From Gaiellaceae bacterium (lineage in GTDB: Bacteria; Actinomycetota; Thermoleophilia; Gaiellales; Gaiellaceae): DNA of 31,850 nt. Where the stretch lies: contig JBOHAJ010000271.1 of NCBI GenBank assembly GCA_050697715.1, positions 1 through 31,850 of the forward strand, written 5' to 3'. Shown here piece after piece: positions 28,142-31,850 of this stretch. A program made the translations under genes and the position numbers. The notes beneath the pieces were generated by a model. That model was not told the origin of the DNA. It saw only the letters and a list, made by a program, of their open reading frames with translations, and did not search any database. The stretch's first letter is position 1, and every line of letters begins with the position of its first letter.

Positions 28142-30466
28142 GTGGCGAGGCTTCGCGAGTACGAGCGCAAGCGCGATCGCGCCAAGACCCCAGAGCCCTT
28201 CGGGCGCGGGCGGAGGAGGGAGAAACGCCCGCTCTTTGTCGTGCAGCGCCACGCGGCCCGCTCGCTCCACTACGACTTCCGCCTCGAGCGCGGAGGCGCG
28301 CTTGCGAGCTGGGCCGTCCCCAAAGGAGTTCCCCTCGAGTCCGGCCAGCGCCACCTCGCCGTGCACGTCGAGGACCACCCGCTCGACTACGCGGACTTCG
28401 AGGGCGAGATCCCGCAGGGCCAGTACGGTGCCGGAACGGTAGAAATCTGGGATCGGGGCACGTACGAGCTCCTGGAGGAAAAGAAGGACGGCGGGCTCAC
28501 GGTCCGGCTGGCGGGCGAGAAGCTCAAAGGTGTCTGGGCGCTCGTTCCGGCTCATCTTTCCGGCGACGAGGAAAACTGGCTCCTGATTCGGAAGCGAGAT
28601 GAGAACGTCGCGCCTCCGACGAGAAGACCCGCCGAGTACCAGCCGATGTTGGCGACCCTGGCCGAGGCCCTCCCCACAGGAAAGGGCTGGCTCTTCGAGG
28701 CGAAGTGGGACGGCTACCGCACGCTTGCGTACGTGCGCGGCGGCGACGTCACGCTCAAGAGCCGCAAGGATCAGGACTACACCGAGCGTTTCGCGTCCGT
28801 CGCGCGAGAGATCCCTAAGGCCGTGCGGACGCCGGATTGCGTCCTCGACGGCGAGGTGTGCGCGATCGACGAGCGGGGGCGGGCGAGCTTCTCGGCCATG
28901 CAGCGGGGAGATCGCCCGCTCGTCTACTTCGTCTTCGACTTGCTCGAGCTCGAGGGCGAGCCGCTCCTCGACCTGCCGTTCAACGAGCGGCGCAAACGGC
29001 TGGAACGCCTCGTCGACGGGAAGAGCACCGTCGTCCAGATCTCGGAAGCCTTTGCCGACGGCAAGGCCCTCGAGCGGGCGGCGAGAGAACAGGACCTCGA
29101 GGGAGTGATGGCGAAACGGGCCGAGGCCCGCTACGAACCGGGAAGGCGCAGCCGCAGCTGGCTCAAGGTCAAGCCCGGTCTCGCTCGGCAGGAATTCCTG
29201 ATCGCCGGCTACACGAAGGGCCAGGGCCGCCGGGCGGGCCGCCTCGGCTCGCTGATCCTCGCCCTCAACGAAGGAGGCGAGCTCGTCTACGTCGGAAACT
29301 GCGGGACGGGCTTCACAGAAGATGAGATCGACATGCTCATGCAGCGGCTGCGGCCCCTCGAGCGTGCGACATCGCCCTATCGGGTCGTGCCCAGGATGCC
29401 CCGGGTGCGCAAAGGCGGCGTCGTCTGGGCGAGTCCGAAGCTGGTCTGCGAGGTGAAGTTCGCCGAGTGGACGCACGACGGGCATCTGCGCGCCCCGTCG
29501 TACCAGGGGCTTCGCGACGACAAGACTCCCGGAGAGGTGCGCCGCGAGCTTCCCGTGGAGACGGAGATCACGCGCGGACGGAAGACGCTTCGCCTCTCGA
29601 ACCTCGACAAGGTCTTCTGGCCGGAGGAGGGGATCACGAAAGGCGACCTCGTCGGCTACTACCGCGAGATTGCGCCCCTCCTGCTCCCGCACCTGAAGGT
29701 CCGGCCGTTCACGATGAAGCGTTACCCCGACGGCTGGCAGGGAGAGCATTTCTTCCAGAAGGACGCCCCGTCGCACATGCCCGACTGGATTCCGACGCTC
29801 GCCTACCGCTCGACGTCGCGCGAGACGAGGCAGAAACGCACGATCCGCTACCCGCTCGTGAACGACGTGCTCTCGCTCCTCTGGATGGCGAATATGGGCT
29901 GCATCGACATGAACACGTGGTACTCGCGTGCCGATCGCCCCGAGCGGCCGGACTGGGTGCTCTTCGACCTCGATCCCTCACCTGACGTCGGCTATCGCGA
30001 GACGATGCGGGTTGCACTCCTCGTCAAGGAGGTCCTGGACGCGCTCGGGCTCGTGAGCTTCCCGAAGACGAGCGGGGCGGACGGCTTCCACGTGCTCGTG
30101 CCGGTCGAGCGACGGCACACCTACGGCGACACGCGGGAGTTCGCCGAGATCGTCGCGGGGACGCTCGCACGCCTGCATCGCGGGCTCGTCACGACGGAGT
30201 GGTCGAAGGAGAAGCGGCGCGGCGTGCTGGTGGACGCTAACCAGAACGGCGAGGGAAAGACGATTGCCTCCGTCTATTCCGTCCGCCCGCGTGCGGGCGC
30301 GCCCGTCTCCGCTCCGCTCCGGTGGGACGAGGTCGGCGAGGACCTGGATCCGCGCCGCTTCACGATGGAGGTCGTGCTCGCTCGCGCCCAACGGGAGGGC
30401 GACCTCTTCCAGGGCGTGCTCACGACCCGCCAGTCGCTCGGCGAGGCGCTGCGACGGCTCTCCTGA
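28142..30466 (+). CDS. ligD: NHEJ DNA ligase D (phosphoesterase-ligase-polymerase order)
   Basis: PE: FVVQRHAARSLHYDFRLE, SWAVPKG, VEDHPLDY; LIG: EAKWDGYR, LDGE, EGVMAK, WLKVK; POL: LSNLDKVFWP, KRYPDG, FDLDP, KTSG..GFHV, YSVR. Confidence 0.96.
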   Translation: MARLREYERKRDRAKTPEPFGRGRRREKRPLFVVQRHAARSLHYDFRLERGGALASWAVPKGVPLESGQRHLAVHVEDHPLDYADFEGEIPQGQYGAGTVEIWDRGTYELLEEKKDGGLTVRLAGEKLKGVWALVPAHLSGDEENWLLIRKRDENVAPPTRRPAEYQPMLATLAEALPTGKGWLFEAKWDGYRTLAYVRGGDVTLKSRKDQDYTERFASVAREIPKAVRTPDCVLDGEVCAIDERGRASFSAMQRGDRPLVYFVFDLLELEGEPLLDLPFNERRKRLERLVDGKSTVVQISEAFADGKALERAAREQDLEGVMAKRAEARYEPGRRSRSWLKVKPGLARQEFLIAGYTKGQGRRAGRLGSLILALNEGGELVYVGNCGTGFTEDEIDMLMQRLRPLERATSPYRVVPRMPRVRKGGVVWASPKLVCEVKFAEWTHDGHLRAPSYQGLRDDKTPGEVRRELPVETEITRGRKTLRLSNLDKVFWPEEGITKGDLVGYYREIAPLLLPHLKVRPFTMKRYPDGWQGEHFFQKDAPSHMPDWIPTLAYRSTSRETRQKRTIRYPLVNDVLSLLWMANMGCIDMNTWYSRADRPERPDWVLFDLDPSPDVGYRETMRVALLVKEVLDALGLVSFPKTSGADGFHVLVPVERRHTYGDTREFAEIVAGTLARLHRGLVTTEWSKEKRRGVLVDANQNGEGKTIASVYSVRPRAGAPVSAPLRWDEVGEDLDPRRFTMEVVLARAQREGDLFQGVLTTRQSLGEALRRLS

Positions 30467-30470
30467 CGTC

Positions 30471-30992
30471 GTGGCGGAGACCGCAGTCGTCGTCGAGGTG
30501 CTCGAGGTCGAGGCGCTGGTGGGGCACTGGCGCTCCCGCTACACGAGCGACGGTGCAGAGGGAATGCGGGCGCACGTCACGCTGCTCTACCCGTTTGCGG
30601 ACCGCGCCGAGCTGAGTCCGGCGGGGCTCGACAGGCTGACGGAAGCGGTGGGCTCCTGCGAGGCTTTCGCGTACGCGCTTCGCTCGACGGCGACGTTCGC
30701 GGGCCCGGAGCCCGTCCTCTATCTCGCGCCGGTGCCCCCGACGCCGTTCCGGGGGCTCATCCAAGCCCTCGCCGGGGCCTTCCCCGAGTATCCGCCCTAC
30801 CGCGGAGCGCACGAGGAGATCGTCCCGCACGTCACCGTGGCGACGAGCGACGACAGCGAGCTTCTCGCCCGGATCGAAGCCGACGTGCGGAGCGGCCTAC
30901 CGCTCGCTGCGGCCGCGCGCGAGGTCTGGCTCATGGAGCATCGGGCCGACGGCTGGCGGAAGAGTCTGCGCCTGCCGCTGCGGGCTTCCTGA
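30471..30992 (+). CDS. 2H phosphoesterase (2'-5' RNA ligase family)
   Basis: Two HxT motifs (AHVTLLYPF, PHVTVA), FPEYPPY; GTG 4 nt after ligD stop. Confidence 0.88.
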   Translation: MAETAVVVEVLEVEALVGHWRSRYTSDGAEGMRAHVTLLYPFADRAELSPAGLDRLTEAVGSCEAFAYALRSTATFAGPEPVLYLAPVPPTPFRGLIQALAGAFPEYPPYRGAHEEIVPHVTVATSDDSELLARIEADVRSGLPLAAAAREVWLMEHRADGWRKSLRLPLRAS

Positions 30993-31749
30993 GGAACATC
31001 CACACGCGTCCGAGCGGGGCGAAGCCGAGCCGGGCGTAAAGCTCCTTCGGCCAGTCGGCGTCGTCTGCGATCAGGAAGACGAAGTCGTCGCCGCTCCGTT
31101 CGGCCTCTCGGACCGCACAGAGCACGACGGCGCTTGCGTAGCCCCGGCCGCGATACGCGGGGTCCGTGACGACGTCTTCCACCTGGGCCGTGCGGCCGTC
31201 GGAGTAGAGGTCGGCGGCGCTGACATGTTTACCTTCCACGCGGACTGCGAAGTGCCTCACGTGGCTCGCGCGCTCGACCACGCGGCCGGCGTCCAGCACC
31301 TGGCGAACCGTCTCCTCGCTGTCGGCCCAGGGCTCGGCCCGGGCGATGCGCTCTCGCAAGGGGCGGACCGTCTCCCGGTCCACCTCCCCGACGAGAGCAA
31401 GGTCGGCGCTTCGCGGGCCCGCTTCTCGTCTGGCCATGAAGAGGAAGCACTCGGTCTCCCAGCCGAGTGCGCGGAAGCCGTCGGCGAGGCGCTCGCCTTC
31501 GGTCTCGTCGGGCACGGCGACGCGCCGGTGCGTCTGGCCCGCCTCGACGTGGAGGCGCTCGGCCTCGCCCGCGAGCTCCTCGGCCGTCGCACCGTGTGGC
31601 CGGTCGGCTCGGAGGAGGTTCAGATCCCAGACACGGTGGAGGGTGTCGTTGAAGAGCCCCGTGCCGAAGCGGAAGGGGACGATTCGCTCGGCGCAGCGCT
31701 CGCGCAGCGCCTGCTCGAAGGCGAGGGCCCTCCTGAACTCCGAATCCAC
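30931..31749 (-). CDS. GNAT-family N-acetyltransferase
   Basis: VEDVVTDPAYRGRGYASAVV motif A, LYARLGF motif B; 3' end overlaps the convergent 2H gene by 62 bp. Confidence 0.88.
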   Translation of the reverse strand: MDSEFRRALAFEQALRERCAERIVPFRFGTGLFNDTLHRVWDLNLLRADRPHGATAEELAGEAERLHVEAGQTHRRVAVPDETEGERLADGFRALGWETECFLFMARREAGPRSADLALVGEVDRETVRPLRERIARAEPWADSEETVRQVLDAGRVVERASHVRHFAVRVEGKHVSAADLYSDGRTAQVEDVVTDPAYRGRGYASAVVLCAVREAERSGDDFVFLIADDADWPKELYARLGFAPLGRVWMFLRKPAAAGADSSASRRPDAP

Positions 31750-31753
31750 GTGT

Positions 31754-31850
31754 TCAGACTGCCACGCCGAGCGAGAACGCGGTCTCGCGACCGACGACGC
31801 GCTCGAGAGCGGCCACGCAGGAGGCGTCGAATGTGATTCCGGCCTCCTCC
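31754..31850 (-). CDS. C-terminal fragment, resembles the end of an HD-GYP domain protein
   Basis: EEAGITFDASCVAALESVVGRETAFSLGVAV* resembles the G.QFDP..V.A tail; only 31 residues visible. Confidence 0.4.
   Translation of the reverse strand, partial: EEAGITFDASCVAALERVVGRETAFSLGVAV

Noticed and set aside
31743..31756. CACGTG-centred sequence as a possible parS site
   Set aside because: Flanks do not match TGTTTCACGTGAAACA; I saw no convincing parS in the window by eye

Overview
High-GC bacterial chromosomal origin region. Gene order and protein features suggest Actinomycetota, probably a deep-branching Thermoleophilia/Gaiellales-like lineage (inference, not a database result). Left arm on the minus strand: rpmH-rnpA-yidD-yidC-jag-rsmG-parA (partial). 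Right arm on the plus strand: dnaA-[oriC with degenerate DnaA boxes and DnaA-trios]-dnaN-recF-dciA-gyrB-gyrA. Next come a MerR-like HTH gene, nfeD-slipin-galT, a secreted amidase with FlgD-like Ig domains, and birA divergent from an ECF sigma gene. That sigma gene heads a type II fatty-acid operon (fabZ-fabH-fabD-fabG-fabF), followed by a HAD hydrolase, a Zn-ribbon arginase-like gene and accD-accA. The window ends with ligD, a 2H phosphoesterase, a GNAT and a partial HD-GYP-like gene. Most content is housekeeping; I see no CRISPR, prophage, transposase, rRNA or tRNA. The most unusual signals sit at gene junctions. Three conserved genes (rsmG, recF, galT) appear to need CTG starts overlapping the upstream stop. 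A mini-ORF bridges recF and dciA. Hairpins straddle upstream stop codons and hide downstream starts (fabD|fabG, fabF|HAD). There is also a pair of covarying 34-bp palindromes before accD, a DnaA-box cluster about 23 kb from oriC, and an arginase-fold protein with rewired catalytic residues. These are hypotheses from sequence alone.
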